Assembly (NCBI RefSeq): GCF_009914755.1 | Contig: NC_060932.1 | Strand: one strand, 5' to 3' | From: the human T2T-CHM13v2.0 reference genome, Homo sapiens | DNA: 64,000 nt | Part shown: in pieces, positions 42,052-56,930 of the stretch | Numbering within the stretch: position 1 is the first letter of the stretch | Layout of the letters: each line of letters starts with the position of its first letter | The notes under the pieces: model-generated | Database searches by the model: none | Seen by the model: the letters and a program-made list of their open reading frames with translations, nothing else | Told to the model about the DNA's origin: nothing | Program-made: the position numbers and the translations under genes

Positions 42052-42854
42052 TAATTTAAAGAAATTTCATAAAGTCACAATTAATGGTTAAGCTAGGATT
42101 TGGACTCATGCAGTTTGACTCTAGTTTTTGTTTTCTTAAGGCTCCAGAACCAATTCTGACCTCAACAGGAATGTAAGAAATTATAGGATAACACATCAGT
42201 GACTTCAATGAATTTAGTTGTTTCTAGGCAAACTCTAAATGGCCTTACTCAGACAATTAGATCTTGCATTATTACTGAGGCCTAATGTCCCCCTCCTAGG
42301 AACATTCTATTTACCAAATCCTGATCCTTCCCAATAAGAAGGATAAATTTCTGCCCAGTAACTTCACAACTTAGGTAAGAAACATTATTTTTGAAGGTTG
42401 GTTTACTCATTCACTCAGTTTACTGGTTTGTCAACTATTATTTGCCAGCAATACACTTTGTGCTAGGAATACAGAAGATAATAATTCCAAGAGGCATGAT
42501 TCTTAAAAATTGAAACATGATCTTTGGTTTCATAGTGATTTTGTGATTTAACCTTGTTTCCTCATTGATAAAATCACGACAGTAACAGAGCTGCTAGCTA
42601 ATGGGTTGTTAATGAGGTTTAAATGAGATAATGCAGTGAAAGTACATAATGCCTGGCAAAGGGTACTCAGCAGAAAAATACATGGTTTCAGGCATTAGCA
42701 GCACAAGGTTCAATTGGAGCCAAAAACTCACAGAATATCACACTCCTACGAGTTAAAGGAAATAATAAGGATACACACAAATGGTAAGAGAAATAGTTTG
42801 AGGACATCCGAAAGGAGGGGCATGGAGTGGACACCACAAGCAACAGCCGGGAGA

Positions 42855-43305
42855 TGAACAGATATTTATTGAGTGCCCACTATGTGCTAGGCATTGTTCT
42901 AGGTGAGAGGAATGTGACAGTGACCAAAAAAGTTCCTGTTCCCATAAAAATTATATTGTAATAGGAGAAACAGATATAGACAAATATATGCTATGTAAAA
43001 AAATACATATGCTATTTAAAATTAGAAAAGTGCTGTGAAGCTATTTGAACCAAAATTAAACCTGCAAGAGGGAGCACGCCCTGCAGATAGATGGGGTTGA
43101 GGAAAGACCAGCTTTATGTGGAAGGGAGGAATAAATGCACGGGCTCTGAATCAGAAGCATGTGACAAGGAAGCTAATATGTTTGAAGACAGTGAGTTAGT
43201 AGGAGACTGGCAGAAGACGTAGCTAGAAAGCTGGCAGCGGCATTGATCATGTAGGAGTGTGTAAGCCACGTAAGAATTTGGGTGAGGTGTATTAGGAATG
43301 CGGGA
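42855..43305 (-). mobile_element. L2a 3' end
   Basis: ATATTTATTGAGTGCCCACTATGTGCTAGGCATTGTTCTAGG. Confidence 0.8.
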
Positions 43306-46300
43306 CAAATTGTCGACATACTTATGTTATTTATTAAGGTCTATAAATTAGTTCATTTAAGTATTATCAAAAACTCATTTATTCTCATAGAATCACAGAT
43401 TATTAAAGATGGAAAGGACATTCACATTATCCATTTTGGCTGTAAATCTTATACTTGATTCTCTCATACAATGTCAAAATAACAGCAACCACAGTAATGA
43501 CTTAGGTGTTTAGTGAGTGCTTACGTATTAATCATTGTGCAAACAATGTTATACACTCTTTTCATTTTAGTGTTGGAAACAGATTATAAAAATAAGTCTC
43601 ACAGAATTAAAGTGGCATCACTTCCAGAGAACCATCCAGTTCTGCTTGAATAATGCCGAAGTGGGGAAACTTACCATGTTAGGACAGGGTTGACAATGAG
43701 CATATGCAATTTCTCTTTGTGATGATATGAGTCATTTTGCTTTCCATCTTTCTCATCTACCCTTCCTTTATTTTGTTTTGCAAACTTCTTTTAAGGTATG
43801 TGTGTGTATATGTGTGTGTGGGGGCGAGGGGGAGGGCATTTTCTTCCCCAAATAGGTGTGACTGGCATGGTCACTAGGGGAGTTTGAGTAGGAAGAGGAT
43901 TTCCAAAATGAAATTAGGGAGACTGACAGTATCATAAAAGCCCTCACAAGGCCAATTTTAAATGTTCCAAGGTTAAGTGTCAATTGCTAAGTCATATACT
44001 CAGAAACCTCAAGACATGTATTGTTCAATCAGAGGCAGACTTACATTAACCAAGGTCACAAGTACTGAAGTACAAGATCAGTAAATCCATTTATTATTGA
44101 GGAATACAAATTATGAATGCTAAGGAGACTGGAAACTTGGGCTCTTCATCCAATGTGTTATTGTCCTGTGAGTATACAAAATATAAACCTAGAGTATAAT
44201 GAGAAGATTGCATGGAACAAGAACAAAATAGTTAGATCATTTAAATTTCTACTGATACCAAGCTAAGACTCTTGGTATCAATAATACAGGTAGGATGATG
44301 AGTCCTTAGGCTGACCAGCCCACCAGACAGTGCTCAGATGAGCACTGTGAATATTTCCCAAGTGTTTCTTCATTGTTCATGGTTTTGGGGTTGAATTACC
44401 TTCCTTATTTTTTTAAATGTAGCACAACAATAAACAGAGATCCCATATGGACCATTTCTTACATGGTAATGCTTTACAGATACCACAGTCTAGCAAGAGT
44501 AATTAAAAAACAATTCTAGCCTTTACTTGTAGCTTTCAGTGAACATTAATGAGGATCCAATTCTTAACCCACAGCAGGAATGCACAAATGGAATTCCTCT
44601 TCAACTGCACTTCAATTCTCTCACAAACTACAGGTGCTTTGAGCCTCCCATTATGTAATTACTTTCAGATCTCTCCACAAAACACCCCAAGATATCCTGC
44701 CTGTAAGGAATCTGTGCTTTCCTCCTTCCCTAGCCTCCTGCTGGATCCCCACTCCCTGAGAGTGGCTATTTACTTTTATAGTCCCTCTCATCAGCTGTGC
44801 CAAGTTGCTGTTAGAGGGTTGGAAGGACTGGCAGCCACCATGTCTGAGTCTCCCTCTATCTGCAACAGTAAAGTTCACAGAGTGCCTTGGGAATGCGTTT
44901 CTTCTCACACTCAGCCTGATTTTCTCAGGCGAAATTCTAATAGAGAATTCTCAAGGATAAGTTCTGATCAATAACATTCTCCATCTTGTTATATCTATAT
45001 ATAGTATCACAATAAGATACCTGAGGATCAGGTCAAGGTCTCTTCAAGGTGACCTTGTTCATCTCTTCTCTGAACCATTATCAGGAGATAATATAATCCA
45101 ACTATCTAAGGAAGGTATTATTTTGTTCATGTTCAAGTTATTAAGCAACATTTTACAGTAGCCCCTGGACTTTAGTACTTCATGATTATCCAGAGTTCGT
45201 TGATATTTTCACAACATTCATGTCCTTTTCTTGCTCAGGGTCCACCTTTGTTGTATCTCTATTAAAGCAGCAAAGATAGTAACTTTAATTCATAACTGCC
45301 TGAAATATTTGTTGAAAGAACTGAGGTAGCCTGTAAGTGAGTTCTATAACCTTTTATTTAGATCCTATCTGGTCACCTACCAACACGCTTTTGGCAAAAA
45401 GGGAATAATACCAGTTTGGTATCATGCAACTGGATATTGAGAGACCACATACACTCTATAGGCAAAGATTCACACACTGGAACTATTTTCATGGAAAATA
45501 CTTAATGTATCAAGATTTTTGTAGAAATTATGTCAAAGTATGGTGTTTGGAATTATTGAAAAATGTTATTTGACCTCACTGTTGAGGAGTTCTGGGTTTC
45601 TGAGCTCTCTTCTCACCCAGTTCATACATGATGTCACATTATTTAAGTCTTCAACCTACTTTTTATGATACCAATATCAGCTTTGACCAGTACATCTTAG
45701 AACACATTTTCTGTTGTTTTTCTCTCCTTTCTTATTTCTGACCTTAGACTTCATCTTCTTTTAATCACCTGCTATTGCTAAATGGTACTTGATACAAAGC
45801 ACTATTTTTCCAGCATTATATTTTTATCTCCTACTTCAGTGATTTGTCAAATGCTACCTCTGTTTATGCTGCCTTTCTCCCACCCTTTGTGTATATGGAT
45901 CTAGCTTAGCCCCCAGAAACCTTGAACTCTGTGAAAAACTCTACGGCCAATCACCCACTAAATTATGCCTAGTAACACCAAGTGGATATGGAAGGGAATT
46001 TTAAAGAAAAGTACATTTTTTTATGTAAATAAGAACATTTTTACCATATAAATTGTGCACACAATTGGACATTTAGCCCACTCATAACTAAGAAAAAAAG
46101 GGGTTATTGTTTGTGGCGCACAGAATGAAATGAAAATCATGCCCATTACATTTAGCTCCCAAAGTCCTTTTATCCACACTCCTTTAACTGGTTGTAATTC
46201 CAGTGGAATCTCAGAATTTGTAGGGTAATCAGAGATCATCTTGTCAAATTCCTTGCTTATGTATAAAGTTTCACTTAAAAATTCCAAACTAACAAATGTC

Positions 46301-49264
46301 TATTTTTTTCTAGACCCTTCTCATGTAGCTTTGATCTCTGAAGAACCAATTTTGCACTCAGGAAAATCATAATCACGTTAATATAGATATTAATTTAAAA
46401 GAATGATTGCTGGACAAGCAATGGTTTTCATCACACGTAATTCCCACTTAACTAATACACATTATTCTCATTGTACAATGTAGGCATCAGAAGGGTTGGC
46501 GAGAAATTTCAGAAGTCTGGACATGAAATATGAGTCTTAGGAAAGGTAAGATAGCATTCATTATTTAAAACCAGTAGCCTCAGACAATACCCCAAACTGC
46601 ATATTACATAGGTAGCTGAAAATGCCAGTTCATATGAGTAATCGATATTTTTGCCATTAGCCCTAATTGTGATCCAAATTAGCCTGTCAGTTCTAAACCC
46701 TGAATTGCTATCCTAACATCATGGAATTCTTTGGCAAACTAGAAATAACCAGATATGATTATTATTTTCCCAAATAAAAGGGTTTCAAATACTGGAGTAA
46801 TGGATTCCAGCTAGAAAGAGTACAACTGTCAAAGATGGAGTATGACAATTTTATGATAACTGAGATGCTCCTATACACACACACACATACACGTGCACGT
46901 GCACACACACAATTTCCCCACAGTTAAAAAACATTACGCCAAAGCCGGCTTTGGCACTACAAAAGCTCAATTTGAAGAGTACATGGGCAGGGAAGGAGCT
47001 GCTTTAACAATCTGAGCCTGCTTTCTGAGAGAAATGGGGGCGTGGTTACGGCTTTGACTTCTCTTCCTTGGGAAAGAGCCTGCTCCCCAACTTCTAAATG
47101 GCTGTTTGAATCCGGGGGTATTGGTACGGAGGCCCATGATCCAGCTGTTGTATGGTCTCTGGGCCGTCTTGCAGAGAAATTATGACCTACAACATCAGAA
47201 GAATGATGTGAACTCAACTCAAGATTTGCATAAACTGAACATTAGCAAGTCCTAATATTTAAAGTGGGATAACTAAGTAAAAACTCTCTCCAAGCTGTCT
47301 GACAGCCTTATGAATATGCAGATAGGAAACCAAAGACTGACTTCCAGTTGTCTGTAGTAAATACATCCGCCGAAATGTGCAGCCAAAGCGGAGGATTTAA
47401 GTCTACACAGTGTTTTCTTCTAAGTACAACACTTAGAGGTAAGTTTTATTATAATGCACTGAATCTATTGAGCATTCAAATCAGCTGATAGCATTTTTAA
47501 ATCACAGTTATTTTGGCATTTCTTATTGAAAGCAATAGAAGAGCATCCAGAAGTAATAAATTTGTTTGTGAAAAGCAGCCTCGCTCGTGGTGGTTGTACA
47601 TTGTTGTAACTAGGACAAAATTATGCAATAAATTTACAGATGTATTGCCTTTATTGTTAGCAATGGCCAGCTTTTCCCTGTTTATTTTAAGCATGTTTAC
47701 ACATAGAATTACTTATGTTTTAATCATCACTGCATGGGCATATACTTTAACCAAACTATTTCTACTACAAGACAAAGCTCAGGCTATTTTAATGGATGAC
47801 ATGCCTTCCCAAACCTTGGATTTGCAGCAGGTACTTAGATCAAAAATGTTTTGACATATTCCAGGAAATCATTAGTTTTAAATGCATAATTCTGTCTGAA
47901 TAACTCTCTCAATTGCTCTCTACTCCCTAAGTGTACGTGGTGAATGGCAGGGAAGAGGTGTCTCAGTTACTCCTGACAAAGTAGATTGGACAATTATTTA
48001 AAATATGTATTTTTTATTTATTAGGAGTGGATGGGAAGCTCATTCTAAGGTGTCCTTAGTCTCCAGTTTAATAAGTTTGACTATCACATCTATAATCTTC
48101 TTTCTGTTCAGGAGGCATTTAATTCCCTACCTTCTCACTCAATGCTGGGATAGCTAAGTAATTATACTTTATTTGCTCTGCAATTTGAGTAAACCATGTG
48201 GAATTTTCCTTCCTCTATATTTAAAACATGGAACAAATTTGAAGATTTAGTATGAAACAAAAGAAGAAATCTGTTTCTAAGGGGATAAAACAAGAATACA
48301 AGTTTCACATATTTTTAGTTACAGGAAAGAGTGAGTATTTGGGCAGTTTAGCACTGTGTTTCTACAAGGGAAAAGAAAAAAAAAATAAAGTGAACAGATG
48401 CCTGAATTCATAGGAGCCCTTGTGGCTTGCATAGTTGAGGCCAGCCCTATTTTATAGTGATTTAATTCCGGAAGTGAGGACATTATAGAATGCAGCCAGG
48501 GGACAGAGCTTTCAAGATAGACTGGAATCATTTCCTTGATTGAAATTTAAAAGTTCTTCTCTCTTTCCACTCCTCAACTTTCATCTCTGTATCTTTTTCC
48601 TCTCCAGGATGCAGCAACATTGGTAACAACTTAAGCAAGTGACAGAATGGTAGCTCAGTGTGAGCAAAAAATAAATGGGAGTCCAGAGGGGAAAACATTT
48701 CCCTAACTGGGTACTCCAATCTTTCATTGCTGGCTTGAGAAATAATCTTTGATTGCATCTCCAAGGCTACAGAAGTCGCAAACTGTGCCGTTCTGCTGCC
48801 TGGTAATCAGCCAAGAGTGATTAACCTGGATTATCACACCTCTTCATCAAGAACTGTGGTCCTGTCCTCAGCTTTCTCTACTCAACTCCCAACCTAAGTC
48901 ATCTTTAGTGTCTCCATCTTCATTGGTGGTTTTATTACCCCATCCTGCCACTCAAGATGGAAGCCTTAAGAATCTTGCTTTGTGCCCACCTCTTGCTCAC
49001 TCCACCCTACCTGCATATTTCATATCCTATTGATTCTGCTTCCTAAACATTCTGGAAAATGTTTCAGTTTCTCGATGTTGCCCCCTCTTTCTCTCTAAAC
49101 CTCCATACACATTGTTTCCTCCCCTTGGAGCCACCACTTCATCCCTGTACCCTATGCCTCCTACACACCTCCCCACACAAGCTCCTCACACCCTTTCACA
49201 TTCAGGCAACCCTTCTCTTCCTTCAGACCCAAGTTTAAGATGACTGTCACTCCAGGAAGTGCAG

Positions 49265-50203
<939 letters not shown>

Positions 50204-52179
50204 TAGTTTTATGCATTTATGCATTTATGTATGCATTACATACTACAGTAAATGTTTATAAACCTGTTTCTGCTATTAGGCTATATGCTCTGTGTCAGTG
50301 TTCATCTTTTGAATGCCATATTTCTAGAACCTCAAGTAGGGACTGGTAAACACAAAGTGCCCAAGAAATCTTAGTCAAATAAGTAAGTCCCACATTTGGA
50401 TTCTTCTATTCTCAATGATGGGTCCCTGATCCAAATTACCTTTTTTTTTTTTTTTTTTTTTTTTTGGCATAGGCTATGTAAACATCTGCTTAGCCAGTGT
50501 TTCTGTTTTAAGTTTCTTTCTACTTCAGTATATTCTGGTTAGTTCCATTCATGAAGGGATAGAAAACTAGACATTTTCCTCCTGGTTAGATACTTGAGCA
50601 TCATAGTCTCATCAACATCAACAATGCTAGAAGACAGGAGAAGTATCTTGCACAACTGAGGCAAGTTATGTTGCTAGAAGAAAATGAGAGAAATTTACCC
50701 CTTGACCTTATCTACATGGCTGATAAGCCTACTCTATGGGCTATGGACTGAGTTCCAAAGAGTAGATGACAATAGGAGCATGCATGCTAGTCAGAGACTG
50801 CTGAGACAAAGAAATGAGTGCATCTAAGGAAAGTATGCCTGATGCTGCCAGCACAGAGTCTAGCAGAGTGAAAGGTCTGCTTAAAATGTCTGCCATGATT
50901 CTGGGGACCTAGAAGGCTGCAGGCTGTACCTGCTCTTGATAGTTCTCTAGGCTTTCTAACTGCTCAAGCAGCTAAATTAGGAGTGATGTCCAAGAGATGG
51001 TGGGCAGCAAACTCACTATCACCAAGTGTGATCAGCCTTGTAGAATGGTAACTCCACCTCCCACCAGGGTTTTCTGTAGAATGTGGGGAGGAGGAGAAAG
51101 GGGGAGGGAAAGTAAGTCACACACCCATCTGCCAACGGGGGCTCAGGGCTGGATGCTCCTTCTGAGTTCCCAAAACTGGCAGTGATGAAGGCTAATAGGA
51201 TATAAATAGGATTGAATATTTACCCTCAAATTAGGTGTCATTAAAATGGATTGCAACACCAATCACCGGATGAGCTAGTTATCTTAATGAATGCCTATTA
51301 TTATAGGTAGCACTAAGATTACTTTCTACTGTTTCTTCCCTCTATCCCATACTCTTTGTCCTAGATTGTGAAAGAGTAGGGAATTAACTAAAGTGATGAC
51401 AATTATTTTTAAAAATCAGAAATATCTCTTTTTTGTACATTGCTCTGTTGAGGGTGTTCAATCCAATCTATAATAAAATTATGAAAGGAAGTGCATGGAA
51501 GATCAGTTCCTTTTCCTAATTTAATCTAACATCTTTCTGCTGCCTTCTGACTGTTGGAAATAGATTAGATTTTCATAATGCATGTCATTTATAGTCATTG
51601 TAGAGGAAGGTTTGGGGGATCTCTTCTCTCATATTTTTATCAGAAGGTGATTTAATTCTTCATGAGTCTTGATATAATCTTTGATTTCTACTTTCCCTCC
51701 CCCATAAAATTGATGAACTAGTATTGCATCTTAATCACAATCCATTATATTAATAGCTCTTTCATCTGAAGTGCTACCCAATCATCACTACATTTAATCC
51801 TCACAACCTTTCTTTAGGACTGTTATTTCATCTCCACTTTCTTAAAGGGAATTGGGCCTCAGAAAGTTCTAGAAAGTTTCCTCAGCTAGTCTATACAACC
51901 AAGAAAACTAGAAACCAGTTTTGGTCACTTGGGGAAATAATGACATGTAGATAAAGTTGAAAATTGAAATGCAATTGTGACTGACATGATGTCCTGGAAT
52001 GCCGTGTGTATACAAGGGAACAGGTTCTCTAGACTCCTTGCATCATTCAGGGCCATGAACTTGATGGCACCAGGGGAACGTGGAGAAGCTGACGATGCCA
52101 CATGAAGTCCACACCAAATATCATCCTTGAGAATCTTTAGCTTTTTTAAAATTTTTAATTTTTTTTCTCACGAACCAAT

Positions 52180-52334
52180 CATGCACAGAATGCAGAGGAG
52201 ATTTCCAAGGCCCTGGAGGATTGAGAGTACACAAAAAAGAAGGCAGCCTGGACTCTAGATTTCCCACTAAAAGAAGAGCTTCCCAAGAGATCCCCTTGAC
52301 CACACACATCTTCACTGGAGTTGGAGTGAGTCAG

Positions 52335-52385
<51 letters not shown>

Positions 52386-52448
52386 CATTAAACCACTGAG
52401 ATTTTAGGGTTATTTATTACAGAAGTCAGAAAACTTACGGTGAATACA
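52180..52448 (+). mobile_element. Old MaLR LTR 3' part (MLT1I/J-like)
   Basis: AAACCACTGAGATTTTAGGGTTATTTATTACAG...AATACA. Confidence 0.6.
52338..52383. repeat. (AT)23 microsatellite
   Basis: Direct read. Confidence 0.97.
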
Positions 52449-53203
52449 GATATCGAACCAAAAGTAATTATATCTATGAATTACTCTCACAGGAGAGAAC
52501 TCTAGTTTTCTCCCTTGTTTAAATTGTTAGTCCTTGATTTATTGAAATGCCTTTCCTACAATATAGAATGAGATAATGAACCTGAATGATAATTTATTGA
52601 GTCCAAATCGTGCTTGTGATTTGTTTTTTTTTTTCCTCATTCAAAAAATCCTTTTGAGTAAAAGGGTAACAGAAAAATACTTCTTTGTTTGCAGGAAAAA
52701 GTACATAATTTAGTTGTATTTAAATACGGAGGTGAACCTAGGGTTTTTTCCAAGCCTGGAAAATAGAACAGAAATTTAGCAGGAAGGTATGGCACTGATA
52801 TATGAGGTATAAATACCAAAGGCAGAAATTAATTATGTCTGAGAGATGTTCCTGGAAAGCTGTTAATCCATTGTTTTTCACCCGTTGTCAGAGCAACCAC
52901 TAGAGATGAGTGGACTGTCAATAATAATCAGAGTTAAGTCATGAACTCTTAAAAGTGACAAATGTAAAATCTCCAAATTGAAAGAAAGAAAAAAAAAAAA
53001 CTCTTAGGTGCTGAGGCCTGAGGTCTCAGTGACAGAAGGCAGCTGGCAATGTGTTATTTGAGGTAACTTTTCTCTTTTCTCAGGAGCTGTGCTGGACAAG
53101 AACTCTGTTGTAAATGTGATGTCCCATCTACCATGGAAGTTGCGTTGTGGTCTTGTGATCATGAAAACTAGCATTAATAGCTTCATTAAAAATAAACTTG
53201 TCT

Positions 53204-53521
53204 GGCCGGGTGCGGTGGCTAACACCTGTAATCCCAGCACTTTGGGAGGCTGAGGCGGGCAGATAATTTGAGATCAAGAGTTAGAGACCAGCCTGGCCAA
53301 CATGGTGAAACCCCATCTCTACTAAAAATACAAAAAAAATTAGACTGGCGTGGTGGTGCATGCCTGTAATCTTAGCTACTCAGAAGGCTGAGGCCGGAGA
53401 ATCACGTGACTAGGGAGGCAGAGGTTGCAGTGAGTCGAGATGGCGCCACTGCACTCCAACTTGGGTGACAGAGGGAGACTCGGTCTCAAAAAAAAAAAAG
53501 AAAAAAAAAAGAAACAAAAAT
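53204..53521 (+). mobile_element. AluS (Sx/Sz-like)
   Basis: Full dimer; TSD AATAAA(CT/TA)TGTCT. Confidence 0.95.
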
Positions 53522-53964
53522 AATAAATATGTCTAACCAGACCCTAAAGTTCTCTTTTTTCAATTATGATTTTTAAAGCTAAAGGATTTTAGTAGAGTAA
53601 CAAACAAGAAACAAGGCCAAAATAGAGGGCAGATAGAGGAATAGAGGAAACACAGAGAGAAAAGCAAAGCTTTTAGGAGAAAGGGGTGTTCAAAAATCTA
53701 GTGCAATAGGAGTGCTGCAGTCCAAGCAAAGAAAGAAAGAGGGCAGTATTGCAGGAACAGATAAAACAGGTGGAAGCCGACTCACAGAAGATATTCAGCC
53801 ACATTCTTCTTAGAAAATACCATTAAGTAACAGATTTAAAGAAAATTTACTGAAAAGATCTGAGTACTATCACTTTAAACTTATATAAAAACATTGATAA
53901 AAAGAATTTTCACAATGTCATGTAATGCAATGTGGTGATTACATTCATGACAATTAGACTACAA

Positions 53965-54645
53965 AGGTATTATATGTATTAGATAATACCTATAATTAAT
54001 GTATAATATGTATATAATGTATATGTTATATATTATACAATGTTTTATATACAAAATGTCTATAATACCTATAATAAGCATGCCTATAATATATAATACC
54101 TATATTTTTATAATAGCTATAATATAAATATTTATAATATATAATATAATATGTGTGCATTGTACAGATTTGATATATTGATAATGTCAATATATCAAAT
54201 ACATTTTATATGTTATATGTAATATTATATTGATCTATTATATAATAGGTATAATATATTATTATATGTTAATATATGATATGTATGATATAATGTATAT
54301 GTATAATTGTATAATGCATAATGTATTTATTTATTAATATACATAATATAATTACATTATGTATTATATTACACATAAAATAATAGATATAATATATTTT
54401 ACCTATTATATAATTAGATCATTATAATTATATATAACAAAATACATAGTATATGTGTATTTAACATATTTTATATATTTTATAACGTATAATACATGAT
54501 TATATATAATACATACTCTAGGTAGATATAAATCTGTATAGGTATACTATATATTGTATATATAAAATACATACAATGTTTATGTTATATATGTTAAATA
54601 CTATAGTCCATATGTATATAATTTATAATACCTATAATATAAAAC
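53965..54645. repeat. Very AT-rich low-complexity tract with internal inverted repeats
   Basis: Degenerate TA/TAT repeats; recurring ATAATACCTATA motif. Confidence 0.9.
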
Positions 54646-54962
54646 AAGTGAGTACTCTGTGTTTGGTGAGTTTAATTTCTCATCAAATTCACACACCAAT
54701 CTACAGAATTTGGATTCTAACTTAGATATATAACTCTAAATGTGATAGTCTGTCTATCATAGCATTCTACAAAGAAAGTTGGCCGAGTTTTCTTTCTGTT
54801 ATTCAGTTATTAAAACTACTGGTTTTTAATTTAATTTTCTGTTAGATACCTGAGGCAAATGGCACTGAACTTCAAGAATGTACATTTTCACTATCATAAA
54901 TGCCTAGAGTTATTTCACCCTAACAGTAACCTGGGAACAAAGTCAGCTTCTCTTGCCTTAGT

Positions 54963-55120
54963 TCAGTGTCTCTGAAGTTTGCTTAGCACTAGATCACCTG
55001 CGAAGTTGATCCTGGATTACCAGTACCAGTGCTATTCCCATAATACCCATGAAAGGAATCTGGGAATCTAGATATTAAACAAACACCCCAGGTGATTTTT
55101 ATGATCAAGGATCTTTAAGA
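54963..55120. mobile_element. MER5-type hAT DNA transposon
   Basis: AGATCACCTG...TAAACAAACACCCCAGGTGATTTTTATGATCA. Confidence 0.65.
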
Positions 55121-55896
55121 AATATTTATACCAATCAAACCCTTGCCCTTCTGAGAATCTACAAATGTTCAAGAACAATTCATAGATAATATGTTTTTAA
55201 TTGTATTCTAATTAAGGCTAGGATTTCTAACTTGAAATGACTAGAGATTAAAACATTTTTTATTTCATGACATGAATCAGATATTAGGACCCATTATAAA
55301 AATATAAAATTCATATATAATCTACAATTCTCTTTATTAGCAATGTTTTATGATGCTCACCTTCAATCTCTCTCTTTTTTTTTTTTTTTTAACTGTTGGC
55401 ATCTCTTAACATCTTTACTTTCACTTGAATCTCATTTCTCCTTGTATGTTCTTCAAATGAAAGAGAAGCACCCTGAGGTCTCAGACTAAATTCACTTTAT
55501 ATGAACAAAGTTTCACCTGTCTTGACTGCTTACTTAATATGATAATTTCTTTTAAGAATGTTAATATTGATCTTTTAATAAAGTGCATCAAGAGGAATTT
55601 TTCTCTTTGGCTGAAAGCATGAACTGGAGTGGTTAGGACTATTATTTGTGCTAAGTGTCATGATTGCTACACTGCATGTAGCCCCCTGACTCAGGTCACC
55701 ATGGCAGTGCCACAACTCTTCTACAGTTTCTGAATACCTAGAAAATATTTGAAGTACTGTCTCCATCAATCTGACCTTGTCATGTCGCTAAAAGTCTGTG
55801 TATATTTTTCTTATTTGCTGTGGATAGGGGATAAAGCAGCATTGACTTGGATTATTTGTTTTATTTTAACCAATTCATGGAGTTCCACTTGAAGAA

Positions 55897-56654
55897 TAGT
55901 TACATTCTCACTAAACATTGCCCATAGTTTCTTGGAAACTGTGGATTTCAGCCAAACAACATAGAATAAAACTCCAAACCCTCCTAATATTAAATGTTGA
56001 AAGAAATATGGGCTATACCTATATTTAAGACAGATGAATCAAAATGAATAAGACAATGATTTGCTCAATTTTTTATGAACTAGTGAGTGAGGGCGGTTGT
56101 AGTGTAGTGGGTTAAATGGAGGAATAAATGTTTGCAATCACGGATCATCAGAAGCAACTCCTACCACCACAGTTAAAAGCAATCACAAATAGGGTGGGCT
56201 TGCTGAGCGCTTTCCTGATGCATTGTTTATTGTCACACATTTTTATGATTACCATAGACTTGATGAATTTGTATTTGACAATCATTTGTATTCATTCATT
56301 TATTCATTTTCCAACTCACTTATTCCAGTTCAGGGTGGCAGTTAGCCTGAGCCTATATTGGCAGTTCAGGGAACCAGGTGGGAACCGGCTGGGGACAGGA
56401 TGCCTTCTCATCATAGGATGCATCCACACACACCCACACACTCACTCAGACTGGGACATGTAGATGTGCCGATTCACCTCATGCACACAGCTTTGGAATG
56501 TGTGAAGAAATCTGAGTACCTGGAGAAAACCCACGCAGACAAGAGAAGGTGCAAACTCCACACAGGTGGTGGCCCTGAACAAGAATCAACTCTTTTTTTC
56601 ATCAACCTTATAAGGAAACAACGTTGAACAACATGTTTTTTTGAGGACCTGCTG
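55897..56654 (-). mobile_element. MER6 (TcMar-Tigger) DNA transposon
   Basis: End GAGGACCTGCTG then TA; TTCTTGGAAACTG near the other end; internal GAGTACCTGGAGAAAACCCACGCAGAC...GCAAACTCCACACAG. Confidence 0.9.
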
Positions 56655-56669
56655 TACAGCCAACTTCAT

Positions 56670-56930
56670 ACTTTAATATATATAATTTGGTAAGATTTGA
56701 CATATGTCTATTTATAAAATTGTTAACCACAATCAAGATAACAGACATTTCCATCACTCCTAAATGTTCCCCTATACCCTTTATAATCTACCATTTCCTC
56801 CACCTCGATTTTTAAAGAACCACTAATCTGCTTTCTTTCACTATAGACTAGTTTGATTTTATAGAATTATTGTTTCTTAGTTTTTTTTTTTTGTCTTGCC
56901 TCTTTCATTTAGGATACTAATTTTAAGAGT
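56670..56930 (-). mobile_element. L1M 3' fragment
   Basis: CCACAATCAAGATAACAGACATTTCCATCAC...ACCACTAATCTGCTTTCT. Confidence 0.75.

Noticed and set aside
50441-50465. Isolated T25 tract as a possible retrocopy tail
   Set aside because: No TSD and no recognisable adjacent transcript body.
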